A stretch of DNA of 64,000 nt from Bacilli bacterium (GTDB lineage: Bacteria > Bacillota_I > Bacilli_A > RF39 > UBA660): assembly GCA_017625395.1 (NCBI GenBank), contig JAGALD010000044.1, positions 1,248 to 65,247 on the forward strand, given 5' to 3'. A program made the position numbers and the translations under genes. Within the stretch, counting starts at the first letter, position 1; every line of letters begins with the position of its first letter. Below, piece after piece: positions 26,836 to 35,352 of the stretch. The notes under the pieces are model-generated. The model was not told the origin of the DNA. It worked only from the letters and a program-made list of their open reading frames with translations, and did not search any database.

Positions 26836-29800
26836 TTATTCTTTCTTCTTAGCTTTTACTTTTCCAATAACTTTTTTTTCAATACCAATTTTTTTAAGTA
26901 ATAACCCTAGATTATCTTTAAGTTCTAACAACTTATCTTCAATATTTAAAAGACCACATGATACTTCATAATCATTATTTTGAACAAGACTTTCAAAAGT
27001 ATTATTAAGTTTAGCCAACTCTTCCGGACTTGGAATTAAAACACTTGAAGGAAGATTTGCTAAAGGTGCAATCTTTTTCTTTCGTATAGTAAACCTGGTA
27101 GGTACATCAAATACTTTAAAATTACTAATTTTTCTTTTTTTAGTTTCTTTAGAGTCACTTTTTATCCCAACTGCAGAAACACTTACTGGAACCTTTTTTA
27201 ATAAATATTTACCTGCCACAACTTTTGTAGCAAGATTATTTATCTTTATCGCTTGTTTTTTATCTTCAATTCTATGAAATTCATCAAAATCTTCACCATA
27301 TCTACTTTTAAGTAATTCAATTTGTTTTGGAGTTAAAGAACTAAAAATTTCTTTAATTTGTGCATCAGAATACTTTTCTTTTAATCTTTCAATTAATACT
27401 TTATTTCTAGTTTGTGCAACACGAGTCGCCACACATTCAAAACCAAATTTATTTTTTATTAAAGAATTAATTCTAGCAACAATTCTTATATCGCTAATAG
27501 GAATTATTTCATCAAAAGATTCACCATAACGAGATACTAATAACGCTCTTTCTTCACTAGATAAATTATCAAGTAATAATGAAATCTGTTCTAAAGAATT
27601 TCTTTTCCTTAAACTCTCCATTAAAGTACAAACTCTTAAAGATCCATTATTTTCTTGTTTAATAGATTCTAATTTTTTCTTAAACTTACCTTTAATCAAT
27701 GTATAAGTTTTCTTTCTCAAAGAAGCATCAACAAAAATATCAGTATTAGTTAAATCATCACCATATTCTTTTTGCAACAAAGAAAGTTCTTCTTCTGTGA
27801 TATAAGAGAAAATACACTGAATTTCTTCTTCGCTATAGTATTTTAATAATCTTTTATATAATGAAAGTCCTTTTTCCTCTTTATGTTTAATTGAAGGATT
27901 TCTATAATCTTCAACTCTTTTAGGTATAGCAGAATACAAAAGATAATTAATTCTACTTATAACTTTTTCATCTTCAACTGAATTATATTCATCAAAGTTT
28001 TCACCAAAGCGTAATGTTAAATCTTTTCTTTCAGACTCACTTAAATTATCTAAAATATATTTTATTTCAGAATCATTATACTTTTCTTTTAACTTATCAA
28101 TAAAAGATGCTCTTATTTTAACTGAATCTTTTTTTCTTTTAGATTTTCCTACCTCCACTATATGAGATTCTACAATTGAATTAATTTTAGCAACAATTCT
28201 TATATCACTAATAGAAGTTATTTCATCAAAGTCATCTCCATAACGTGATACTAACAATTCTCTTTCTTCACTAGATAAACTATCAAAAAACAGTTTAATT
28301 TGGTCTAAAGAAATTCTTTTCCTTAAATTTTCCATTAAAGTACAAGTTCTTAAAACACCATTATTCTCTTTTTTAATAGAATCAAGTTTTTTCCTAAATC
28401 CACTATTTATTAATCTATAAGTTTTACATCTTAAAGAAGTATCATTGCTAATACCAATCCCCGATAAATCATCACCATACCCCTTTTGTAATAAAGAAAG
28501 CTCTTCTTCTGTAATATAAGAAAATATACACTCAATTTCTTCTTTACTATAATAGTTTGATAACCTTTCAGATAAAGAAAGAGATTTTTTCTTAACTGAC
28601 TCGCTTGAAGGATTTCTATTTTTTTCAATTCGTCTTAAAAGAGTATTATTAACAAAATTATGAATTCTAAATGCCAACTTTTTATCTTCTAACATATTAT
28701 ATTGATCAAAATTCCCACCATATCTAAGAGCTAACATTTCTCTTTCAGACTCACTTAAATTATCCAAAATATATTTTATTTCAGAATCACTATACTTCCT
28801 TTTTAATTTATCAATAAGAGAAAGATATATTTTTGATGACTCTTTTTTCATAGTTGCTTTATCTCTTCTATATTCCTTTATTTTAGCTTGAACTAGTGAA
28901 TTAATTTTAGCAACTACACTTATATCATCAATAGAAATAATTTCATCAAGCGACTTACCATAACGAGATTCTAATAAAACTTTATCTTCATCAGTTAAAT
29001 TTTCTAAGAAAGAAACTATTTCTTCATCACTCAAATTATGTGTTAACACTTCCATTAAAGTATAAATTTTTAATGAACCATTATTTTCCTGCCTAATATA
29101 TTCGATTTTTCTTCTAAAACCATGACTAATCAACCTATAAAGCTTATTTTTCAAAGACTTATCAAGATTAGCCTTACAACAAGTTAAATCATCACCATAT
29201 CCCATTTGTAACAAAGCCAACTCTTCTTGATTAATTAATTCAAATATAAATCGTATTTCATCATCACTATATTGATTTTTTAATCTAGAGACCAATGTTC
29301 TATTGGAAAGAACTTTTCTCTTTTCTTTTTCTTTAATTACAGGAGGATTTCTATACTTCTCAACCCTTTTAGGAATACTACCATAATAAAGAAAATTAAT
29401 CCTATTTATTAATTTTTGATCATCAAGAGAAAAGAACTCATCAAAATTTTCTCCATAACGTAAAGTTAATAATTTTCTTTCAGACTCACTTAAATTATCT
29501 AAAATATATTTTATTTCATCATCTGTATATTTCTCTTTAAGCTTTATAATGAAGTTTTTAGCCCTATCTTTCCGTTGTGAAATAGTCTTTTTCTTTAACA
29601 AAGTAGAAACAAGATAATTAATATGCTTAATTTGAGCTTTATCATCAATTTTTAAAAATTGATCAAAATTTTCTCCATATCTTAACTTAAGTAAAGTTCT
29701 TTCTTCATCAGTTAAAGAAGAAATTATCTCCTTAATTTCATCAAGATTATATACCCTACCTAATTTTTCAATAAGACTTAACTTTTTTTGTTTAACTTTA

Positions 29801-31698
29801 ACCTCGTTTTTTGCAACATCAGAATTTCTTAACTCATCTACTCTCACTGGAATAACTTTACTAACTAAATTATAAATTTCATTTCGAGTCTCAATACTTG
29901 AAACAAAACACAAAGTATCAAAACTTTCTCCATAACGTAGTTTCAAAAGATTTGCTTCTTCTTCTGTTAAATTAGTAAGAATATAAGTAATTTCATCGTC
30001 AGAATAATTTTCTTTTAAAATTTGCAGAAATGTTTTAGACTTACTATTTAGCATTCTCTTTGAAAAATTACCTTTAGCAAGAGATAATACCAATGAATTA
30101 ACTCTTGCAATATCACTTAAATCATCTAAATCAAAAACTTTATCTAAATCTTCGCCAAAACGTCTAATCAATAAATCTTTTTTCTCCAAAGGTAATAAAT
30201 CAATTATCGCATCAATTTGCTCATCACAATATTTTTCTCTTAAAATTTCTTTAAAAGACTCAACTTTAAGTTCACCATTATTCTTTTCTCTAGAGTCATC
30301 AATCGCTCTTTTCAAAGTAGAATTAATTAAAATATTTATCTTTTGTTGAACACCACTATCAACACCACAAACAACTTCATCCAACTTATCACCATAGCTT
30401 AGACGTAACAATTGAAGTTGCGACTCGTTTAATATATTAAAAATATATTTAATTTCTTCTTCATTATATTTTTCCTTAAGCCTATCATTAAAACTACGTT
30501 TTTTAGTTTTTCTTGCATCCTTACTATTAAAAAGACTAACGCTTTGTGGAACTACTTTAGTAAATATTTCTAAAGAATCCATACCTAAATCCAAATCTGC
30601 TGCTCTTTCTTGCAAACTCATTCCATAATACAATGCTAATGTATTTTTTTCTTCTTCTGTTAATGAAGAAAGAACATGACTTATTTCATTCTCATTATAC
30701 TTACAACTAACTAATTTTTCATATAAAGTTAATCCTCTAACATTATATTTATCAATATTTGGTTCCTTTATCTTCATTTCTTTTCCAAGAAGTCTAGGAA
30801 CCTTCACTAATACAATTTTAGAAATATCATCAGTATCTTTAAAACTTTTCTTTGCAATCAATTGATTAAAATCAGTTCCATATCTAGTTTGCAATAATTC
30901 TTTATCATCATCTGAAAGTAGTTTTAAAACTTTTGCAATATCATCAACAGAATAACTATGAGATAATAAATCTAAAAAAGTCTTTCTACCAAGCATTAAA
31001 TTTCTTCTTGAAACCTCTTCTAAAACTATCTCATTTACTAAAGTATTAATTTTAGCAATAGTATTAATATCATCAACTTCATATACTTTATCAAAATTTA
31101 TTCCACCATAACGTTTAGATAATAGTCTTCTTTCATTAGGTGTTAAAGATTTCAAAACTTGTTCAACACGTTCTAAAGAACATTCACAACTTAAAATCTC
31201 TTTTAAACTTCTTACTTTTAAAGTAGCATCATCAAAATTCTTTCTAGCATCATTTACTCTTTTTTGAAATGTAACAGAAAATAAATACCCAATACTTGAA
31301 TTAATTCTATCATCATACATATTTGCTGTAAGCTGTTCACCAAAAGCTTCTTTTAAAAGACTCAAATCTTTTTCTGTAATCGTATTAATTATATAATTAT
31401 TCTCTTCAGAAGAAAACTTTTTACTAAGCCTAGATATAAGTGGGGACTTTTCATCAATCAAACTACTAATACTAACATCATCTATTTTTTCAGAAACTTC
31501 TAAATTAGTACTTTGTAATCTTTCTGGTATCACTTTATAAATTAAATCTCTAATCTCTTGAATAACACTTTTATCATCAAGTTCAATAAATTCATCTAAA
31601 TTAGCTCCATACCTACTTCTTAACAACTCAATCTCAGAATCATTTAAAAGTCTCATTATTAAATCTTGAGTACTATCATCATACCTATCATTTAACAA
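26836..31698 (-). CDS. 1620-aa protein of about 19 tandem sigma-70 region-4-like modules plus a basic C-terminal tail
   Basis: The (R/G/E/S)(Y/F)G motif recurs at aa 31, 120, 198, 264, 359, 436, 515, 590, 675, 749, 835, 914, 994, 1075, 1154, 1232, 1313, 1392 and 1468. A typical module is DDEIKYILDNLSESERKLLTLRYGENFDEFFSLDDQKLINRINFL. No SD sequence is present. The first in-frame start is TTG at 31698, which overlaps the sigma stop. The first in-frame ATG is at 31656. Confidence 0.8.
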   Translation of the reverse strand: MLNDRYDDSTQDLIMRLLNDSEIELLRSRYGANLDEFIELDDKSVIQEIRDLIYKVIPERLQSTNLEVSEKIDDVSISSLIDEKSPLISRLSKKFSSEENNYIINTITEKDLSLLKEAFGEQLTANMYDDRINSSIGYLFSVTFQKRVNDARKNFDDATLKVRSLKEILSCECSLERVEQVLKSLTPNERRLLSKRYGGINFDKVYEVDDINTIAKINTLVNEIVLEEVSRRNLMLGRKTFLDLLSHSYSVDDIAKVLKLLSDDDKELLQTRYGTDFNQLIAKKSFKDTDDISKIVLVKVPRLLGKEMKIKEPNIDKYNVRGLTLYEKLVSCKYNENEISHVLSSLTEEEKNTLALYYGMSLQERAADLDLGMDSLEIFTKVVPQSVSLFNSKDARKTKKRSFNDRLKEKYNEEEIKYIFNILNESQLQLLRLSYGDKLDEVVCGVDSGVQQKINILINSTLKRAIDDSREKNNGELKVESFKEILREKYCDEQIDAIIDLLPLEKKDLLIRRFGEDLDKVFDLDDLSDIARVNSLVLSLAKGNFSKRMLNSKSKTFLQILKENYSDDEITYILTNLTEEEANLLKLRYGESFDTLCFVSSIETRNEIYNLVSKVIPVRVDELRNSDVAKNEVKVKQKKLSLIEKLGRVYNLDEIKEIISSLTDEERTLLKLRYGENFDQFLKIDDKAQIKHINYLVSTLLKKKTISQRKDRAKNFIIKLKEKYTDDEIKYILDNLSESERKLLTLRYGENFDEFFSLDDQKLINRINFLYYGSIPKRVEKYRNPPVIKEKEKRKVLSNRTLVSRLKNQYSDDEIRFIFELINQEELALLQMGYGDDLTCCKANLDKSLKNKLYRLISHGFRRKIEYIRQENNGSLKIYTLMEVLTHNLSDEEIVSFLENLTDEDKVLLESRYGKSLDEIISIDDISVVAKINSLVQAKIKEYRRDKATMKKESSKIYLSLIDKLKRKYSDSEIKYILDNLSESEREMLALRYGGNFDQYNMLEDKKLAFRIHNFVNNTLLRRIEKNRNPSSESVKKKSLSLSERLSNYYSKEEIECIFSYITEEELSLLQKGYGDDLSGIGISNDTSLRCKTYRLINSGFRKKLDSIKKENNGVLRTCTLMENLRKRISLDQIKLFFDSLSSEERELLVSRYGDDFDEITSISDIRIVAKINSIVESHIVEVGKSKRKKDSVKIRASFIDKLKEKYNDSEIKYILDNLSESERKDLTLRFGENFDEYNSVEDEKVISRINYLLYSAIPKRVEDYRNPSIKHKEEKGLSLYKRLLKYYSEEEIQCIFSYITEEELSLLQKEYGDDLTNTDIFVDASLRKKTYTLIKGKFKKKLESIKQENNGSLRVCTLMESLRKRNSLEQISLLLDNLSSEERALLVSRYGESFDEIIPISDIRIVARINSLIKNKFGFECVATRVAQTRNKVLIERLKEKYSDAQIKEIFSSLTPKQIELLKSRYGEDFDEFHRIEDKKQAIKINNLATKVVAGKYLLKKVPVSVSAVGIKSDSKETKKRKISNFKVFDVPTRFTIRKKKIAPLANLPSSVLIPSPEELAKLNNTFESLVQNNDYEVSCGLLNIEDKLLELKDNLGLLLKKIGIEKKVIGKVKAKKKE
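27229..31656 (-). repeat. in-frame tandem array of modules of about 240 nt (about 80 aa), about 19 copies
   Basis: The spacing of the RYG motif is 66-95 aa, mostly 75-86 aa. Confidence 0.8.
27379..29541 (-). repeat. higher-order super-repeat: three copies of a three-module unit (714 and 735 nt periods)
   Basis: tcagactcacttaaattatc recurs at 28031, 28745 and 29480. The protein triplets A (DNLSESER..LRYGENFDE), B (ITEEELSLLQKGYGDDL) and C (LSSEERELLVSRYGDDFDEI) each occur three times, in that order. Confidence 0.85.
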
Positions 31699-33035
31699 AT
31701 CTTTAAAAGATTTAAATTTAAATCCATATTATTTAGTGACTTAAAATATGGATGTTTTCCTAGCTTTTTACACGCCTTAACTTCTAATTGTCTAATTCTC
31801 TCACGAGTTACACCAAATTCAGCTCCTATTTCTTCTAATGTATAAATTCTACCATCTAAAAGACCTGTTCTAAGTAACATTATTCTATAAGCTCTAGGAT
31901 CTAATATTTCTTTTAAAATTTCCTTAAGAGCTTCATTAGACATATCATTTAAAAGAGCATCATAAGAATCAGTCGGATCAGCAACAAAATCTCCAATTTC
32001 AGTATCTTTATCTCCGCCTCTTCCTTCAACAATCGAATTTAAACTACCAACATTTTGATTTAAATCCAAATATTCCTGAAATTGATTTAAAGAAATTCCT
32101 AACTTTTCAGCGATCTCTTCATTACTTAAGTTACCTCCAAATTTTAGTTCTATTTCCTTCAACTTTTGTGATATTTTATATATCCATTCTCTTTTATGAA
32201 CTGGTATCCTAATAACTCTAGAATAATCATCAACATACCTTCTAATAGCTTGTCTAATCCAATGAGTAGCATAAGTAGAAAATGCAAAGTCCTTCTCTGA
32301 ATCAAATCTATCAATTGCAGTATTAAGACCAATTACACCTTCTTGCACTAAATCTTCATAATCTACTCCACTAAACAAATAACGATATGCAATCTTTTTA
32401 ACTAGTCTCATATTATGAATAATAAGCTGTTCCTTAGCATCATTATCTCCTAATTTAATTCTTTTATATAAATTTTTAATTTCATCACGAGAAAGAATTC
32501 TTCTCTCATCAGAAGGATCAAGCACATCTACACAAAAACTTATATTTTTTTCTTTAACATATGCACTATATAATCTCATAAGTTTTGGAAATGCTTCTTT
32601 GAGCTCATCATTTTCATAAATATTATCGTCAATATCAATAAAAAAAGGAGATAAAATATCTGAAAGATATTTATTATTACGTACTATTTTTCTATAAAAA
32701 TCTAAATCTATCTCTTCATTAATTGAACCAATTAATATAGATAACATTTTTATCTTTTCAACTTCAGAATAATCAGAGGAAGCTATTTTCTTAAATGAAG
32801 ACTTAAATAAACTTTCCCTATCTTTTGAATATAATTCATTTATTCTTCCTTTAATTAGTTTTTTTAAAGAACTTAATGCTTGCTTTTGATAAGTTTCAAC
32901 ATCATCTAAATCATTATTTAAAGAAGAATTCAATGCTAAGTCAACCATCTCTTCTTGCAACTTTAAATCAGGTATAACATATGAAAAATTATCTATAAAC
33001 TTAAGTAATTTTATTCGCAATTCTTCCCTATTCAT
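31692..33035 (-). CDS. sigma-70 family RNA polymerase sigma factor (group 1/2-like core, atypical ~180-aa N-terminus)
   Basis: Region 2 is DLVQEGVIGLNTAIDRFD and FSTYATHWIRQAIRRYV. Region 3 is VIRIPVH. Region 4 is YRIMLLRTGLLDGRIYTLEEIGAEFGVTRERIRQLEVKA. A strong AGGAGG RBS precedes the start. Confidence 0.9.
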   Translation of the reverse strand: MNREELRIKLLKFIDNFSYVIPDLKLQEEMVDLALNSSLNNDLDDVETYQKQALSSLKKLIKGRINELYSKDRESLFKSSFKKIASSDYSEVEKIKMLSILIGSINEEIDLDFYRKIVRNNKYLSDILSPFFIDIDDNIYENDELKEAFPKLMRLYSAYVKEKNISFCVDVLDPSDERRILSRDEIKNLYKRIKLGDNDAKEQLIIHNMRLVKKIAYRYLFSGVDYEDLVQEGVIGLNTAIDRFDSEKDFAFSTYATHWIRQAIRRYVDDYSRVIRIPVHKREWIYKISQKLKEIELKFGGNLSNEEIAEKLGISLNQFQEYLDLNQNVGSLNSIVEGRGGDKDTEIGDFVADPTDSYDALLNDMSNEALKEILKEILDPRAYRIMLLRTGLLDGRIYTLEEIGAEFGVTRERIRQLEVKACKKLGKHPYFKSLNNMDLNLNLLKIC

Positions 33036-33066
33036 AAAAGCCTCCTAAAGAGTTATATATCACATT

Positions 33067-33095
33067 ATTATAATGTTTTTTAAAAAAAATGAAAA
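33067..33095 (-). promoter_or_regulatory. sigma-A-type promoter of the sigma/repeat-protein operon
   Basis: On the minus strand: TTTTCA (33095-33090), a 17-nt spacer, then TATAAT (33072-33067). The sigma ATG is about 30 nt downstream. Confidence 0.5.
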
Positions 33096-33120
33096 GAAGA
33101 ATTTAATAATAAACTCTTCT
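33085..33120 (-). terminator. terminator between the HExxH gene and the sigma gene
   Basis: A 10-bp stem (one G-U pair) joins aaactcttct (33111-33120) and agaagaattt (33095-33104), with a 6-nt loop. On the minus strand it is followed by TTTTCATTTTTTTT. Confidence 0.6.
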
Positions 33121-33127
33121 AAAAAAC

Positions 33128-34612
33128 TTATTTTTTTATACCTACACAAGAACTTAAATTTTGAGGTACCTCATCACTTTCAATAAATTTTAAATTAATT
33201 GCATATCCTCTAAGTTCTTCAAGCTGTTCTTTTCTACTTAAAACCACATTTTTATCCTGCAAAATCATATCATCAACTAATTGATTAGATTTCAAAATTT
33301 CATCTTTTGATATTTCTGGAACAAAAGATGGATCAATCATAATTTGCTTAATTATTTTCCTACTAACCCCACTAACAAAATCAACATATGTGCGAAACTT
33401 TTCCTTATCTAAAACACTATACAGCAAATTACTATTTTCAGTAATTCTTGCTTCAATAATTAAATCTTTAAATTGTTGATAAAATCTTTCAATTAAAGGA
33501 AAACAATAACTATATGCGCTATGATTTTTTGAATAATGATAGTGATCAAATACTCTACCATTTTTTCTCTTAAAAATTTCTGCAATCTCAGATGAAATCT
33601 TATCATTTAAAAGTTCATCAAACACCCCAAATTCATCATTAGGCAAAACAGTTAGACCATTCTTATTAATAGGCTCCATATACGTCTTTCTCTCAATTGC
33701 CCCTAAAACAGAATTATTTAAAGAATGATTTATCTCATGAAAAAAACTATAATCATCTACAAAAAAATAAGGCATATATATTGCTGTATTCTCTTCATTT
33801 ATAGATATTGAAAAACACGAAAAAGCACTATCTTTTTGAATTTCACTAATATTACTTTCTAATTCTCTTCTATGTTTTCTTAACAAACATTTATCAGTTG
33901 ATCCAATAATACGAGCTTCCCTATCAATTGCATCATTTAAAAATCTATCAAATGGACTTTTATAAAGATAAGAATTGATTAAAGAAAGATCAACTAATCT
34001 CTTTTCTTTTTCATTAAGTTTTTCGGAATATGGTTTAATTTCATCCATATAAGAAATAGCACTTTGTATTTTTTCTAAAACATCAGGAGTAATTTCATTT
34101 TGATTAAAGTATTTTCTTACAAAAGATAATTTTTCTTCACTGCTCAAAAAGAAAAAATTATATAACGGACTAGAATCATACTCAAAATTAAAAATTCTAT
34201 TTTTTCCAAATAACATTTCAAGAAATCCATCCATAGAAACATCATAACCATTTTCTTCACAAAAAACATTATAAATTCTACCTGGATAAACCACAACTTC
34301 ATCATTTTTTAACGTTATACTTCCACTAACAGTATCCAAAAAAGGAATTGAATTAAATCCTAATCTATTTAATATTTGAATAGTAATATTTAATCTTTCA
34401 TTTAGTATATCATCACAAACTTTTTTATATCTTTCACCAGTTTTATTACTAAAATTCCAACAAAAAAATATATTATTATATTTTCTTGTAATTAATTCTC
34501 TATACTTTTCTCCATAATATTCAACAAAAACCTCAATAATTGCATCTTTATTATCATTAATCCTTCTATTGTAATCATCATTACACTTAGAAATAAACTT
34601 TCTATTACTCAT
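33128..34612 (-). CDS. uncharacterised 494-aa protein with a single HExxH motif (putative metallopeptidase)
   Basis: FFHEINHSL is the only HExxH motif. No TM helix or signal peptide is present. The start lies 5 nt after the hlyIII stop and has no SD sequence. Confidence 0.35.
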   Translation of the reverse strand: MSNRKFISKCNDDYNRRINDNKDAIIEVFVEYYGEKYRELITRKYNNIFFCWNFSNKTGERYKKVCDDILNERLNITIQILNRLGFNSIPFLDTVSGSITLKNDEVVVYPGRIYNVFCEENGYDVSMDGFLEMLFGKNRIFNFEYDSSPLYNFFFLSSEEKLSFVRKYFNQNEITPDVLEKIQSAISYMDEIKPYSEKLNEKEKRLVDLSLINSYLYKSPFDRFLNDAIDREARIIGSTDKCLLRKHRRELESNISEIQKDSAFSCFSISINEENTAIYMPYFFVDDYSFFHEINHSLNNSVLGAIERKTYMEPINKNGLTVLPNDEFGVFDELLNDKISSEIAEIFKRKNGRVFDHYHYSKNHSAYSYCFPLIERFYQQFKDLIIEARITENSNLLYSVLDKEKFRTYVDFVSGVSRKIIKQIMIDPSFVPEISKDEILKSNQLVDDMILQDKNVVLSRKEQLEELRGYAINLKFIESDEVPQNLSSCVGIKK

Positions 34613-34617
34613 AATTA

Positions 34618-35274
34618 TTAAATTACATATAAAAGAATAGAGAAAAACTGTAAAATAGATCCTGCAAGTACAAACAAGTGAAAAATTGAATGCATATATT
34701 TTACCTTTCTACCAAAACCATAAAATACAGCACCTAAAGTATAACTAATACCACCTGCTAAAAGTAATATAAATCCACCAGTTTCAAGATTATTCATTAA
34801 AGGCTTAAATGCAAAAATTACAAGCCATCCCAAAATTAAATAACTAATAAAAGAAATCACTTTATATTTTTTTAAATCTATCGCATTTAATACAATACCA
34901 AGAATTGTAATAGACCAAATTATTATAAACATCGGAATTCCTACATTTTTAGGTAAAACTAACAATGTATAAGGTGTATATGTTCCGGCAATTAATAAAT
35001 AAATACTACAATGATCAATAATCCTAAATACTCTTTTAGCATTATTAACTTTTAAAGAATGATAAAGAGTTGACATAGTATACAAAATAATCAAAGTAAC
35101 CCCATATATACAACTACTAACAACTGATACCCAAGTACCATTTATAGCACTAAAAATAATACATAAAACAAGTGCTGCAACTGACAACAAAGCACCAACA
35201 CCATGAGAAACAGAACTCATTATTTCTTCTCCTAAAGTATATTTAGGTATTTCAATTTTATCTTTTAATCTCAT
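34618..35274 (-). CDS. hemolysin III / PAQR family membrane protein
   Basis: SHGVGALLS, IDHCSIYLLIAGTYTPY and HLFVLAGSILQF. The start ATG at 35274 follows a GGAGG RBS; the M at 35286 in the track is a TTG within that RBS. Confidence 0.8.
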   Translation of the reverse strand: MRLKDKIEIPKYTLGEEIMSSVSHGVGALLSVAALVLCIIFSAINGTWVSVVSSCIYGVTLIILYTMSTLYHSLKVNNAKRVFRIIDHCSIYLLIAGTYTPYTLLVLPKNVGIPMFIIIWSITILGIVLNAIDLKKYKVISFISYLILGWLVIFAFKPLMNNLETGGFILLLAGGISYTLGAVFYGFGRKVKYMHSIFHLFVLAGSILQFFSILLYVI

Positions 35275-35306
35275 ATGTACCTCCAACTAAATTTTACTAT
35301 AATTTT

Positions 35307-35335
35307 AAAAAAATAAAAAGATGCTTTAGCATCTT
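35307..35335 (-). terminator. rho-independent terminator
   Basis: The stem is aagatgc (35318-35324) pairing with gcatctt (35329-35335). On the minus strand it is followed by TTTATTTTTTT. Confidence 0.65.
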
Positions 35336-35352
35336 CTATATATTATTATTCA

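Noticed and set aside
28431-28628. A 65-aa minus-strand ORF overlapping the 1620-aa gene in another frame
   Set aside because: It is nested out of frame inside the large repeat ORF and has no independent signals.
31692-33035. Calling this sigma factor rpoD/sigA (the housekeeping sigma)
   Set aside because: The core regions are close to a primary sigma, but the first ~180 aa show no region 1.1/1.2 signature. The gene is also not next to dnaG. Without the rest of the genome I cannot tell, so I left the symbol empty.
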